Below, piece by piece: positions 1 through 12,761 of a stretch of DNA of 64,000 bases; the first letter of the stretch is position 1, and each line of letters starts with the position of its first letter. Position numbers and translations under genes: made by a program. The notes beneath the pieces were generated by a model. The model worked only from the letters and a program-made list of their open reading frames with translations. It had not been told where the DNA came from and ran no database searches. Origin of the DNA: Stegostoma tigrinum (taxonomy: Eukaryota); NCBI RefSeq assembly GCF_030684315.1, contig NC_081388.1:21993015-22057014 (forward strand). Reading direction: 5' to 3'.

Positions 1-59
1 CAGTAGAGTGACAGTTGAAGTTAAAGACCTCCCTACTCCTACACTCCAAAACCCTTGAA

Positions 60-510
60 GTAAGGGCCGACATTCCTAATTACCTGCTGCATCGATGTAC
101 TGGCTTTGTGTATTTCAGGTACGAGTACTTCCAAATCCCTTTGTGTTGTAGCCTTAGACAGATTTTCTCTTTTTAAATAATACTGTTATTTTGCTCTCAC
201 AAAAATGAATAACTTGACATTTCCCCATATAATACTGCATTTGCTAACTTTTTGCCCACTTATTTAATCTATCTATATCTCTCTGTAAACTGTGTGTATG
301 CCTCTTGCAACTTGCCTTTTCACCTACTTTTGTGTCATCTGCAAATTTGGCTATTAGACATTCCCTTCCACCCTCCAAGTCCTTATTATATTGTAAACAG
401 TTGCTGTCTCAGCACTGTTCCCTGTGGAACCCCACTGGTTACAGGTTTCCAACCTGAAAAAGAATTCATCATCCTACCTCTTGCTTTCTGCCCATTCACC
501 AAATTAAGTG
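60..510 (-). mobile_element. Old CR1 RT fragment
   Basis: Reverse complement encodes W.PVTSGVPQG.VL and KFADDT-like segments. Confidence 0.8.
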
Positions 511-1714
511 TTATTTAATGACTGTTAAGCTGCACTTTTTCAGTCCCATCAATAGATAATCACGCCAGCCTGAATATGCTGCATGTTTAATGTTCTTTTA
601 GGGAATGAAATCTGCTGTCATTCCCCAGTCAAGCTTGTATGCGATTTCAAACCTGGAGCAATGTGGCTGATTCTTAACTGCGTTCTAAAATGGCTTAGCA
701 AGCCTCTCAGTACAGGGACACTTAGGGAGGTGCAACAAATGCAAATATTGGCCTTGCCTGCGATGCCCGCATCACAGAAGAATAATTGAAAAACCTCACA
801 ATTTGGGAAAGGACAGTGATGAAGTGAGGATTAGAAATTAAAAAATGCTTTTTGCGCCCTCCTATTTATTGCCCCAGCATCCCTCATCATTGCTGTTTGC
901 AGATTAATAATTTGTGGAGCAATCTACGCAAATACTGTAGTTTTGCACTTAAATGAACATAACAAAAGTAAATCTTTAGATGAACAGCATTTTGTTTGTG
1001 ATCCTAATTGGCAAGGCACACTTCTAACGCTGTGCACCATAACACGACAGTGCACATTTCTCACCCACGATCTCAGCTGGGCCATATGGGTGAGGCGGAG
1101 CATTCCCATGAGCTACGGATGGAAGTTTAGATGGTTAGTCAACATAAAGTAAAAGAAAACAGGGACCATTTATCATCCATTTTTATTTTGTAATCTGATA
1201 ATGCGGAGAAAGACCATCATAACTGATTTCAAAAGGTTTAAATCCCCTTGCAACATTGCACATCACAAGCATTCATGTGGATGGCACTGTGCCACACCCC
1301 AGCTTAACAGCCATTGATTTTCAAATACTATCAGAATCTTTGACAATATTTCCGGCAGCAGTATACTACTCCAGCAAATATAAAAATGATTATTTTTCTA
1401 CCTTTGAATTTTTAAAAAACCATTTATCAAAGATAAAAGACAAGAGTTCAGAGACAGATGGGATAGAAATCACCTCCAAAGGCTGTCAAGGATCCTTTGT
1501 GAAATGAGAACGGGCAGCTTCAACCATGCTCTCAGTTGGCGTTCTGTTTGGAAAGCTGCCCCCACAATTCATAGCAATAAAAAGTGCACAGGTCTGAAAA
1601 GGGTGAGATTCTATGAGCTCTTGTGACCCTTTTGTTCATAATAAATCCCAATGCAGCATCTTCAGGCTGGCATGATCATCTACTGATGGCACTGAAGTAC
1701 AGCCTTTCAATCAT

Positions 1715-2045
1715 CAAATAATACTTAATTTGGTGAATGGGCAGAAAGCAGGAGATGGGATAACGTATTCTTTTTCAGGTTGGCAACCTGTAACCAGTGG
1801 GGTTCCACAGGGATCAGTACTGGGACAGCAACTGTTTACAATATATTAAAGACTTGGAGGGAGGAAGGGAATGTCTAATAACCAAATTTGCAGATGACAC
1901 AAAAATAGGTGAAAAGGCAAGTTGCAAGAGGCATACACACACAGTTTACAGAGAGATATAGTTAGGTTAAATAAGTGGGCAAAAAGTTAGCAAATACAGT
2001 ATTTTATGGGGAAATGTCAAGTTATTTATTTTGGTGAGACCAAAA
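1715..2045 (+). mobile_element. Old CR1 RT fragment
   Basis: tggcaacctgtaaccagtggggttccacaggga (WQPVTSGVPQG) and aaatttgcagatgacacaaaa (KFADDTK). Confidence 0.8.
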
Positions 2046-2564
2046 GAATACATGAACCAGATGGGTTTTTACAACTATTGATGATAGTTTCATATCACGT
2101 TGTAAGATGTGAACCCAAGTCTCTAATGCAATTATCAAAAGGCAGCCCCTAGTCCAGTATACGGTCCTTAAGGGACCCTAACCAGCCCACGACTGTTGTT
2201 CCATATACAGATTAGTGCATATGTAAGATTCCATAAGGAGATACTCTTGCAATCATAGGGTTTTTCTCTCCTACCTTTGCTGCTGATAGGCAGGAGATTT
2301 CAAGGGTCAGGCTGCTTACTAGGTGGATGAGGGGGATGAGTGTTCAGGTCGGAAAGCAGGTCAAGGGAAAAGGCTTCAAGCTGGTGAGCAAGACTTGGGA
2401 GAATAAGAATCATTCCTTCACTTGAGGTATTAACTGCATGAATGACCGTATTCAAGATGGCTGTGTGTCTATGTGTGTGTGTGCGCGTGCGCGCACATGT
2501 GCATGTGTGAGAAAAGGTTACCACTGAACAGAAACTAATCTGGACTAGCTTTATGGGTACTGTC

Positions 2565-3122
2565 AATACAAAAGCAGGTCAAAGGCAGTAACTCACCTCC
2601 CAATTCTCCAAAACATGTCCACCCACTGTAAGACACAATCAGGACTGTGATGGAATATTCCCAACAATATTCAAGTTGTTTGATACCCTGCAGGACTGAG
2701 CAGCCCTCTTGACTGGCACGACATCCACAAAAATCTACTCATTCCACCACCAATGCTCTTACTACATATTGTTGCTATCTACAAGATGCACTGCAGAAGT
2801 TCACCAAGGGTCCCTAGACAGCACCAGTCAAACCAATGACTACTACTATCTAGGAGGACAAGGTTGGGAGGTAAATGGGAAACTCCCAACCTGAAAATTT
2901 CTGTCCAAGCCACTCATCATCCAGATCTGGATGTATTTTGACATTCATCATTGTCACTGGGTCAAAATCCTAGAATCCCTCCCTAACAGCATTGTGGATT
3001 TACCAGAATTGAGAACTGCAATAGTTCAAGAAGGCAGTTCACCACCATGTTCTGAAGGCCAAATAAGGATGGGCATTAAACTCTGCCCCACTGAACAGCA
3101 CTCCATTCTATGAATGAATGAA
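2565..3122 (+). mobile_element. Old LINE 3' end sharing its tail with the second SINE family
   Basis: Degenerate ORF-end motifs (gtgatggaatattc, caaaatcctagaatccctccctaacagcattgtgg) and tail caccaccatg..ctgaaggcc..ggatgggc..aaa...gaatgaatg. Related pieces are at about 11700-12230, 13950-14200, 53900-54130 and 56400-57060. Confidence 0.6.
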
Positions 3123-3382
3123 GTAAATGTGCATGTGGGCCATGAAAGTGAGTGTGTGAATGTGTGGGTGCGAAGCAGAAGAAATCAGTCTGCTTGCTGT
3201 GTGTGAGAGAAACCAAGTGTGTGTACATGTGCTCGTATGTAAGGGAGTGTATGTATACATGTACATGTAAGGGAGAGGAAATATGGATACATAAAAGTGA
3301 CAGGCAGCATGTATGAGAGAAAGGGAGATGTGCACACGTGTGTATATGAGAGTTTTTGAGCATGAATGTGAGAACGAGTGTC

Positions 3383-3386
<4 letters not shown>

Positions 3387-3466
<80 letters not shown>
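3387..3466. repeat. Compound microsatellite (TG)22(AG)18 within a TG/AG-rich low-complexity tract (about 3110-3540)
   Basis: Directly visible. Confidence 0.97.
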
Positions 3467-3471
<5 letters not shown>

Positions 3472-5259
3472 TTACATGGTAGAATAGCGAAGGTGTGTGA
3501 GTGATAAGGGAAAGAGTGTGATGGATTGGGACAGACAAAGGCAAAGTTTGTGGCAACTTCATGATGGAGAGAGTCAGATTTACACACAGCCTTCCACTCA
3601 TTCTCATCTCTAAGAACTAACCATAAAAGAAGCCTGGGAAAAGAGGAAGAGCCAGACTGAATTCTCACGTTCATGCACAAAAACTCTCATATACATACAT
3701 GTGGACGTGGTGCCAATCAAGAGGGAAGTTCAGTACTGTATGGTGTCAAACTACTTGAATACTGGTGGACCTACACTCACTCAGGTCAGTGGAAATATTC
3801 CTCACAATCCTGATTGTGCATACATCAAATGCATGGTATGTCATGCACTGGACAGAAAAGCAGTTAAACCCAATTTAGCCCTGCTTCAATCCCCATCCCT
3901 GGAATTGTTTCAGTAGCTAGCTCTGTTTGTCTTTGTTTTAATTACTCATTTAGTTAAATTATCAACTTATAGCTTTGAATTTTTTTTCCCACTAAAAACA
4001 TGGTTACTTTGTTCCAAATTTAGTCTTTTTTGAAATTTGCTCACCAGGCCCCAAGTGAGAGAAAAAAAATTGAAATATGACTTCCCCTCGCTTGCCTGTA
4101 TCCCTTCCCACCCAACCACCCATCAAAAGTTTGGACAACCCTGCTGTGTATGACACTCTTCCAACAACATTACCACTGTACCCCCAACTCCCCCAGCATG
4201 GGTGATGTGAATTTCCTTATAAGCCTAATTCCAGGAGTTTTCTGTCCATTCTCTGAATATTCTCAACTGCATTTCTCATTTTTGGAATTGCTCCCATACC
4301 CAGGCACCCTATCAACCACAGACTTTGCATGAAAACTGAATTAAAATATGGATATTACTTGTGCCAATATCAGCAGACAAACATTTGATGTATTCCTGCA
4401 CTACTCTACTGTCTGCTATCTTAACAGCAGCATTAACAAATTTTAAATATATTGGTTAACAGTTTGTTAAGACAACATTAACGTTTTGCACATTGCATTT
4501 GTGAATTTTGATTTTTATTACAATAGCTTTTCTAGGCTTTAGTCTTATTTTGTGCTTGAATTGTTATCCAAAGCAAAACGTGCCCCTCTCTAGTGTAGGG
4601 AATACAGAGACTAATAGTCAGTATAGCTAGTGTTACTAAGTTCACTTATACAGACAAGTAAACTAGAATCTTCCTGCCGTGTTCAGTTGAGTACTATGCT
4701 AGGTGGTATACATGCCCATCCAGGCACAAGGAAACTGGATAACTGAAGTATAAGGCATTGCACTGTAGGACAATTATAATCCTGGCAAATATTCCCCAGT
4801 TGAGAAAAATAAATCGCCAGTCATAATGGGAGAGTTGATGATGACGACCTTTATTTTTGTGTACACTCCACTAGACAAAGCCAGTTCCTTGACTTAATCA
4901 TCATCTTTAATACCCTCACAGTGCCATTTTCTTCTGGCATTTTTCTTTTGATAAATCTGACCACACATTTTAAACAAGCTAATATGGTGCCAGCCCAAGA
5001 CACAGCCTGAAAGATTACTAAGCCTCTTACATATAGTTGGAGTCACAACTGCTTAATTCTGCATTATTATGCAATCAGTGACAGGACAGAACCTCTGTAC
5101 CAGGATAAATATGGTTCATTTTAATGAAGATTTTGTGTTTCGCAAGGAAAAACCCAGCTGAAGGGCTGAAGTCCACAGCACAGAGCAGCATCATTTTGTA
5201 AAAATAGATGAGATTAATCAATCAAGTCAGGAGATTATGGCGAATCTGGGTTTCAAAAT

Positions 5260-5886
5260 CAATAGACAATAGGTGCTGGAGTAGGCCATTCGGCCCTTCG
5301 AGCCAGCACCACCATTCATTATGATCATGGCTGATCATCCACAATCAGTATCCTGTTCCTGCCTTATCCCCATAACCCTTGATTCCACTATCTTTAAGAG
5401 CTCTATCCATCTCTTTCCTGAAAGTATCCAGAGAGTTGGCCTCCACTGCCCTCTGGGGTAGAGCATTCCATATATCCACCACTCTCTGGGTGAAGAAGTT
5501 TTTCCTCAACTCTGTTCTAAATGGCCTACCCTTTTTTTTAAACTGTGTCCTCTGGTTCTGGACTCACCTATCAGCGGAAACATGCTTCCTGCCTCCAGAG
5601 TATCCAATCCCTTAATAATCTTATACGCCTCAATCAGATCCCCTTTCATCCTTCTAAACTGAAGAGTATACAAGCCCAGTCGCTCCAATCTTTCAACATA
5701 TGTTAGTCCCACCATTCCGGGAATCAACCTCGTGAACCTATGCTGCACTCCCTCAATAGCAAGAATGTCCTTCCTCAAATTTGGAAACCAAAACTGCACA
5801 CAATGCTCCAGGTGCAGTCTCACCAGGGCCCTGTACAGCTGCAGAAGGATCTCTTTGCTCCTATACTCAATTCCTCTTGTTATGAA
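5260..5886 (-). mobile_element. CR1 3'-end fragment, young subfamily, copy 1
   Basis: ITRGIEYRSKE...CVQFW...ESRTRGHSL with a (CTATTGT)n tail. Near-identical to the copies at 15.3, 46.8 and 49.2 kb. Confidence 0.93.
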
Positions 5887-6659
5887 TTCTATATATTCCA
5901 GGAGGAGCTCTTGCAGTGCAACGGCAGTGTTCCTGCCCCTGAACCAGAAGGACAGGTTCAAAGTCCTACCTGCTCCAGAGGTGTGTCTTATAGGCTGATT
6001 AAAAATATTTATATGTTTAGGAGGAAAGAAATGTAGAGAAAGGCAGAGTTTCATAGCTCAGGTCGTCATCGGATAAGACACAGACCATATTATCAGCCTC
6101 AGTGCCATGCGTAGCTTAATGTGCCAACTTTGTTTCCCCACATAATAACAGGAACCCCTCAAATAGTTTGAGGCAACATTTCCATTTTTAGCTTTTGAGA
6201 TTACCCAATGCAGAACAAACCAAATATCAAACCTCAACCTCTAGCTGAAGTGGTTCAGAACAACAATAGCATATTGCCCTTATCTCTAAAATCATTGGTG
6301 AGCATACCCAATTGTGAATGGTTTTGTCAGAGTAAAAATGGGAGTATACACAAAATAGTTTACAATTACGTTGATAAATGCTGTTACTTTAAAATAAGAA
6401 CAGTCAGTGCAACAAAGGTGTTATCAATATAACCAGGTAAACTTAACTGTGGAGTGGACTCATGAAGAAATGTCAAAGAAACAATGTACAATAAACGTCT
6501 GGCATACTATGCCACACCAGGCGGTTGAGGTATACACCAAGATGATTCAAAATACCATTTTCTAATAGGCTTTAAAGCTCTAGATATTAATTGAAGGGCA
6601 TTCAATTGGCTCAACAGGTTTCCCTAGTCTTGAAATCTTCACGTTATGTAATCTAGACT

Positions 6660-6790
6660 CTGATGAAAGGTCTAGGCCCGAAACGTCAGCTTTTGTGCTC
6701 TTGCGATGCTGCCTGGCCTGCTGTGTTCATCCAGCTCCACACTTTGTTATCTTGGATGCTCCAACATCTGCAGTTCCCATTATGTCTAAT
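6660..6790 (+). mobile_element. PLE 3' terminal fragment with hammerhead core
   Basis: CTGATGAAAGGTCTAGGCCCGAAACGTC (6660-6687) followed by the PLE terminus ...gttcatccagctccacactttgttatcttgg...gcagttcccatt. Confidence 0.8.
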
Positions 6791-7669
6791 CTGAAATCCT
6801 GTTTTTAGCAGATCTTCTGGTCAGCCAATATTTGACATTGGTTGGTGCCAACTAACACATGAAGTACTCAGAAAACACTGGGGTGGTCCTGTATAATATT
6901 ACAGCTCCTTCTGCATGTACCCCTAACAGTTCTCACAATTTCACAGATGCAGTTAAAATGTTAGGAGCTGTCAGTTCTTACAAAACACAGTCACCAATAT
7001 TACCATTAATATATTGCTCAAGGTAAAGTCACAAGATTCCACAACAAAAGGCTGGCTAAGAGAAATGATGAGAGAATATAGCTAACTAAATCAAATAAGC
7101 ACAAACTTGATGGGTTATTTCTTCTCCATAAAAATTCTGCTCATCTCTTCTCACCTTTGTGAAAACCAAGAAGAGATTCTCTGATTCTATGCCATGTAAA
7201 CTTATTTAGTGATCTACTATTTGGGTGAAGATTAGGAAGTAAATCTTTACATGGCTAGTCTGCCATTCAAAGACAGTTCCATTTCACAACCCAGCAGTGC
7301 AGTTCCATAGCCAGCAAACAGAAGGTACCCAACAACAATGGGGGTAAATTTTCCTTCTTCTTCATGGAATATCCTTAATATTTAGAAGGGAGTGATTATT
7401 TAAAACTGGGCTGTTGCAACATAGCAGTCAATTAAAAACTAGTGAAATTGAATTTAGCTGCATTTATGCTCAGTTACAGAAATGGGTACTGCTTCATTAA
7501 AAGGAAAGGGATTATGGAACTCAAAAACTCACCTTTGGCCAAAGAATACGCTGTACATTGAGTACGTAGCACACAACTGAAATGTGGCAGTGAGATTATG
7601 CCTGAAGTGGACCTGCAGGCAAGCATTTACAAAAACCACACAATTACAGATGTTCTTTAAGCTTTATAA

Positions 7670-8140
7670 AATAAGACCATAAGAAACAAAAACATGAGTC
7701 TGGCCCTTTGAGCCTGCTCTGCTATTCAACTGGATCGTGAACGATCAGACATTCCTCACGTCCAATTTCTTGACCTTTGTCCCTAACCTTTGATTTCTTA
7801 CTGATCAAAAATTCAATCGCAACCTTAAATATACACAAGAACTGCGGCCTCTCAGTTCTCTGTGGTAAGGAGTTCCTAAGGCGTACAACCTTCCAAGAGA
7901 AGATATTCCTCCATATCTCAGTCTTAAATTGGCAACCCGTTGTTCTGAGAATATGCCCTCTGGTCCCAGACTCTCCCATGGCGGAAACATCGTCTCAGCA
8001 CTTATCCTGTCGAGTCGTTTAAAAGTCCTACTTGTTTTAATTAGATCACCTTTCATTTTTCTAAACTCCAGTGAGTAGAGTTCCAAACGGTTTAATCACT
8101 GCTCATAAGACCATACCAAGAATCATCCAAGTGAACCTTT
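7670..8140 (-). mobile_element. Old CR1 3' fragment
   Basis: LYSLEFRKMKGDLI...MFP...ESGTRGH in overlapping frames. Confidence 0.8.
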
Positions 8141-8339
8141 TAAATAAAGGACCTTTTATGATTTCAGATCATCCCAAAACAAGCTGCAGTATGTATGTTT
8201 AAAGTGTAGCCACAATTGTAATGTAAAGAACTATAGTAGCTTGAGAACAGCAAAGCTTTGCTAGTATAGAATCGTAGAATCTGACGAGTGTGGAAACAGG
8301 CCCTTCGGCCCAATAAGTCCACACAAACAGTCAGAGCAG

Positions 8340-8857
8340 GGGGAGGCGACATGTCCATCCTGGGCCTCCTGCAGTGCCATAATGATGCCACCCATAGGTT
8401 GCAGGAACAGCAACTCATATTCCGCTTGGGAACACTGCAGCCCAATGATATCAATGTGGATTTCACCAGCTTCAAAATCTCCCCTTCCCGCACTGCATCC
8501 CAAAACCAGCCCAGCTCGTCCCTGCCTGCCTAACCTGTTCTTCCTCTCACCTATCCCCTCCTCCCACCTCAAGCCACACCTCCATTTCCTACCTAGAAAC
8601 TTCATCCCGCCCCCTTGACCTTTCCGTCCTCCTTGGACTGACCTATCCCCTCCCTACCTCCCCACCCATACTCTCCTCTCCAACTATCTTCTCCTCTATC
8701 CATCTTCAGTCCGCCTCCCCCCCCCCTCCATATTTATTTCAGAATCCTTTTCCCATCCCCCTTTTCTGATGAAGGTTCTAGGCCCAAAACATCAGCTTTT
8801 GTGTTCCTAAGATGCTGCTTGGCCTGCTATGTTCATCCAGCTCCACACTTTGTTACC
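8340..8857 (+). mobile_element. PLE fragment (GIY-YIG C-terminus, C-rich 3' region, degenerate hammerhead)
   Basis: DMSILGLLQCHNDATHRLQEQQLIFRLGTLQP..INVDF, and ctgatgaaggttctaggcccaaaacatc near 8766. It abuts a short minus-strand CR1/SINE tail at 8265-8325. Confidence 0.88.
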
Positions 8858-9200
8858 CATGACGAGTTTGTTGATTCTAAACTGCTCTACCAAGCCAACC
8901 ATTCAGGTGCTTCACCAGAGAAGCCATAATCCACATGGACTGCCGTGGTTCAAGAAAACTCACCACCAGCTCCTAAAAGGTACGTTAAGAATGGGGTGAC
9001 ATCTACATTCGATAAATGAATTTTCAAAATCCTTCAGTACAAGAATTTATCCAATGAAGTGGAAAATTGCCCCGGTTTCACCTATCCACAAAACGTAGGA
9101 CAAATTCAATCCACCCAATTAATGTCCCATCATTTACACTAAATTGTCAATAAGTGATGGAAAGTAGTATCAACAAGTGCCTACTCCCAAATAACATGCA

Positions 9201-9439
9201 ACTGATGTTAACAAGGTGTAGAGCTGGATGAACACAGTAGGCCAGACAGCAGAGGAGCAGGAAAGCTGACGTTTCAGGTCTGCATCCTTCTTCAGTTTTC
9301 TGAAGAAGGGTCCAGATCCGAAACAGCAGCCTTCTGGCTCCTTGGATGCTGCCTGTCCTGCTGTGTTCATCCAGCTCTACACCTTGTTATCTCAGACTCC
9401 AGCATTGGCAGTCCCTACTATCTCCGTGTTACTGATGTT
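9201..9439. mobile_element. Short fold-back PLE derivative with 9-bp TSD
   Basis: Inverted arms acaaggtgtagagctggatgaacacag... and ...ctgtgttcatccagctctacaccttgt. The centre has back-to-back ctgaagaagg...gaaac motifs. ACTGATGTT occurs at 9201 and 9431. Confidence 0.85.
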
Positions 9440-11124
9440 GCTTGGCATCTGACAGGGTGATCAAGTCCAGACCTCATTACAGCTTTGTTTTAAAATCATT
9501 AAGAAAAGACCTGAATTTTAGAGGTGAAATAATGAATACCTGTGAGATCAAAAACAGCACTGGACCATATGTAACATCAAGCCTGGATTTTCGTAGAGTT
9601 GGAAAGACTCTGGACCAATTTGAAAATGGTAGATGGGACCAAGGTCACTGTCCCCATTCCCAGCACTCCAAATTTTCACAGGAGCAGGATACAGTATAAG
9701 TAGTAAAGCTGCACCATGCACTTTCACACTGGTCAACTCTATTGCAGCATCTCCTAGCCTTCCTCACAATTATCATCAATACAGTCCAGCTTCTTCAGTG
9801 AACCACGAGTCATGAAGTCAGTCGAGTCTTGAACTATTGTCTTTAATCAGGAAACATTTGAAAGATAAACTCAAAACAGTCTTAGCCATGCAAACGGAAT
9901 ACCAAATCATGTGCCCAACCATTTTCATTGCCTCATATAGCCCCATACCCCATGTCAAGCCTTCCACTCCCCATGGTTCCCTATGGCATTCACGATCTCT
10001 TCCAACCCCAATGCCTCTCATGCCCTCCAATGTTAACTCATGGTCCTTTCATACCTGTTTAATCAGTAGACACAATACACAAAACCATTGAACCCTACAC
10101 TAACAATGGTATGTTTGAAATTACTTAGAGAAAAAAATCCATTCATAATTCTTTGGTAACAAAACTGGTCTTCCTACAATGTTATAAAAGTGTCAATGAA
10201 ATATACCATTAAAGTATCAGTAATAGCAGCTTAAGCATTTCACAGCACTTAAACTTGCACAAATAAACACTGGAATGTTGACAGAGGTCACCGAAACAAA
10301 GTAAACAGTTCTTTCAAGCTATCCAAATAGCCTTCCGCTCACGTGATCATTTCACAAGTCTTGGCACTCAGCCAGTGGGTTGGTGCTGAGATAGAATGAG
10401 AGTTACAAGATGCCACGGGAATTTGTGGGGAGGGTATGAGTTGGCTTGAGGGGTAGGGGGGAAATGATAAGAGAGGTGGGGGCTGGGGTAACTAAAAACT
10501 TGCATTAAATCACAAACAGCTGAGACACAGCTATTAAGCAGTCCTCTCTGGCCCTCAGCAACCCCATGGCCACCAACATCTCATTTCTGAGGCCAGCATG
10601 GGTCTGATTCTATCCATAATCTGCTTCCTCTGCCCTTGAAGACAAAAAGCAACCATTTGGAAGCTTTTCTACTCAGGCTGGTATGACACGCCTCGAAATT
10701 TCCTTTGCTAGATCCACCCACCACAGTAGCAAAAATCTGCCTCAAGTAGCCCTATAAAATTAACATAGACATAGGTCCTTAACATAGGACATTACAGCAC
10801 AGTACAGGCCCTTTGGCCCTCGATGTTGTGCCAACCTTAAAGGTAATGCAAATTGGTAGGCAAAAAAAATGGTCTCCTACTGGCTGGAGTCTTGGCTGCC
10901 ATAAAAAAAACTAGCTGTAGTCGGTGGAGGCCAATTATCTCAACTGACATCCGAACCGCAAACATATGCGGCTTCAATCAAGATACTGCTGTTTCCTTTG
11001 CCCATGTTGTTACTTGGTAGTCCATCTGATTTCACACCTTTATAATTTTATATAGTATAATGCCACACTGACGAGGCAAATCTCAGGTTTGATTCCTAGA
11101 TTATGCTGAGCAGTTTGTTCTTCT

Positions 11125-11464
11125 TTATTCATTCACAGGACAAGGGTGTCGCTGGCTAGGCAGCATTTATTGCCCATCCCTAATTGCCCAGAAGGTCGTT
11201 GAGAGTCAACCACATTGCTGTGGGCCAGATGTAGGCCAGACCAGGTAAAGATGGCAGTGTCCTTCCCTAAGGAACATTAGTGAACCAGATGGGTTTTTCA
11301 AACAATCAACAATGGATTCAAGCTCATTAGATTTTTAATTTCAGACATTTATTGAATTCAAATTTCACCATCTGCTGAGGCAGGATTTGAATCTGGGTCT
11401 CCAGAATGTTATCTGGGTCTTTGGATTAACAGCTCAGCGATACCACTAGGCCATCGCCTTCCCC
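11125..11464 (-). mobile_element. tRNA-derived SINE (second family; name not certain)
   Basis: Head GGCGATGGCCTAGTGGTAT...GATTCAAATCC and tail GGGCAATTAGGGATGGGCAATAAATGC. Homologous to the copies at 36.7-37.4 kb and 56 kb. Confidence 0.8.
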
Positions 11465-11556
11465 ATCCAGAACGCATTGGAGCTTGATTTGAGCACTTCA
11501 CATGACAATTACTTATGAGTACCCTACCCTGAGGAGAGTCTTTGCTATTTGTTAAA

Positions 11557-12761
11557 TTGCCTTGCGTCAATCAATGAGCGGAAAAAGTCCGCCTTTTGAT
11601 GTTAGTGATTTGAGTAAACCAGACTTTGTCATAAAAATCTCTGGCTAGTGATCAGGTATGGAAACACATGGAGTTCTCTACTCCTAATGCAGGAATGCAG
11701 AATTATTTAAAATCCTTTACAGTCTGTGGGCATCCCTAGCAAGGCAAACAAATATTGCCCATCACTAATTACACTGGAGAAGATGGTGATGAACAGCCTT
11801 TTTGAAGTACTACAGTCTTTAAGAATAGTACAGCAAGCAATGTTAGGCACTTTGATGGTGAAGGAACGATATCATAGTTCCAAGTCAGTATGGTGTCTGG
11901 TTTGGATCTCACACGTGGTCACGTCCCATTCATCTCCTGCACTTGGTTCATCTAGGTGGTAGAAACCACTGGTTTGAAAGGTGCTGCCTGAAGAGCCCGA
12001 GTGAGTTTCTGCAATGTAATCTTATACATGTCACTGTGGCGGTGGCGGAGGAATGAATGTTGAAGCTGTTACATGGGATGCCAATCAAGCAAGTTACTTT
12101 GCCCTGGATGATGTTAGAGTGCTGTTGGAATTGCAGTCCGCAAAGTATTAAGTATTCTATCTCACACACAACTTTCGCCTTGTAAATGGTTTACAGGATT
12201 TGAGAAGTTACTCCCTGCAGAATTGCTGGCGTCTCAATACAAACCCATTTATAATAGCCTAAATGCTGATGGCAACTCAGACAGATACTCCTTTTGGCTA
12301 TTTCATTCAACTGCTACTGCCTTAACCAGCAGAAGCATCATATTTATACTTCTGCGCAGATTTCCTGTTCTTTGAGACAGCAAGTCACAGAGCTGGCTGG
12401 ATGGCATTTATTCACTAACAAGGAAGCCCCAAAACCTTGCTAAACAAAAGAATCATAGTCAAAATTAAGAACCAAAGTGTGGAGGCTCTTGACAAAATTA
12501 ATTCACACAACTATTTTTTGTGGCTGTTCATTTCACAAATACATGAAATCACATTGCAATCTGATCAAATCTTGTAACTTAAGGAGTCCCGAGCTAAACC
12601 TGGCCTGCCTCATTCAAGCACTGCAGATATAATGTCTATGTCTTGGTGATCGTAGGTCTCAATGACCTGCTTTCATTTTAATAAAATGCACTGGAAGCAT
12701 CACTTACTGATGAATGCACCCTGCTGCGGACTTTTTCCGCTCATTGATTGGCGCAAGGCAA
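11557..12761. repeat. 36-bp inverted repeat (35/36 identical); arms at 11557-11592 and 12726-12761
   Basis: ttgccttgcgtcaatcaatgagcggaaaaagtccgc and gcggactttttccgctcattgattggcgcaaggcaa. Confidence 0.95.

Noticed and set aside
3076-3680. His/Thr- and Leu/Ser-repeat ORFs
   Set aside because: They are translations of (TG)n(AG)n microsatellite and low-complexity DNA.
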